Positions 59,526-59,553 of a DNA stretch of 59,553 nt are shown here, piece after piece. Under the pieces are notes generated by a model. It had not been told where the DNA came from. It made no database searches and was given only the letters and a program-made list of their open reading frames with translations. This DNA is from Christensenella sp. UBA1242 (GTDB lineage: Bacteria > Bacillota > Clostridia > Christensenellales > UBA1242): positions 1-59,553 of the forward strand of contig DBWI01000028.1 in NCBI GenBank assembly GCA_002308915.1, written 5' to 3'. Position 1 is the first letter of the stretch. Each line of letters opens with the position of its first letter. The position numbers were made by a program, and so were the translations under genes.

Positions 59526-59553
59526 TTTGAAATAGTAGCGTCATATTGTATTA

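Overview
This is a low-GC Firmicutes chromosomal window, Clostridia-like by inference. The housekeeping backbone comprises murE-mraY-murD-ftsW, a uridine kinase-like gene, lysS, a lytic transglycosylase, a type IIA topoisomerase pair (likely parE/parC), murG, a U32 peptidase, a cysteine desulfurase-like gene, an O-methyltransferase and rnj. Six accessory features stand out. (1) A c-di-GMP-I riboswitch heads an operon of three TasA/CalY-like proteins, two with SipW-type signal peptides. (2) An accessory-gene hotspot lies downstream of ftsW, with a recoded duplicate of the ftsW 3' end flanking a BspA-like LRR gene. (3) Two full and several partial copies of an unrecognised ~130-nt rod-like structured element flank lysS and the transglycosylase gene. 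(4) A 2633-aa repeat surface protein is present. (5) Three polymorphic GLUG-type exported proteins form a tandem array, two with lipoprotein partners. (6) The top candidate is a compact, intact ~7.9-kb podovirus-type virion module (TerS-like, portal, scaffold, major capsid, adaptor, nozzle, coiled-coil protein, BhlA-like holin). It has no large terminase, integrase, replication, repressor or endolysin genes and sits among host genes, so it may be a domesticated GTA-like or capsid-particle system. All family calls come from motif recognition by eye; no searches were run.
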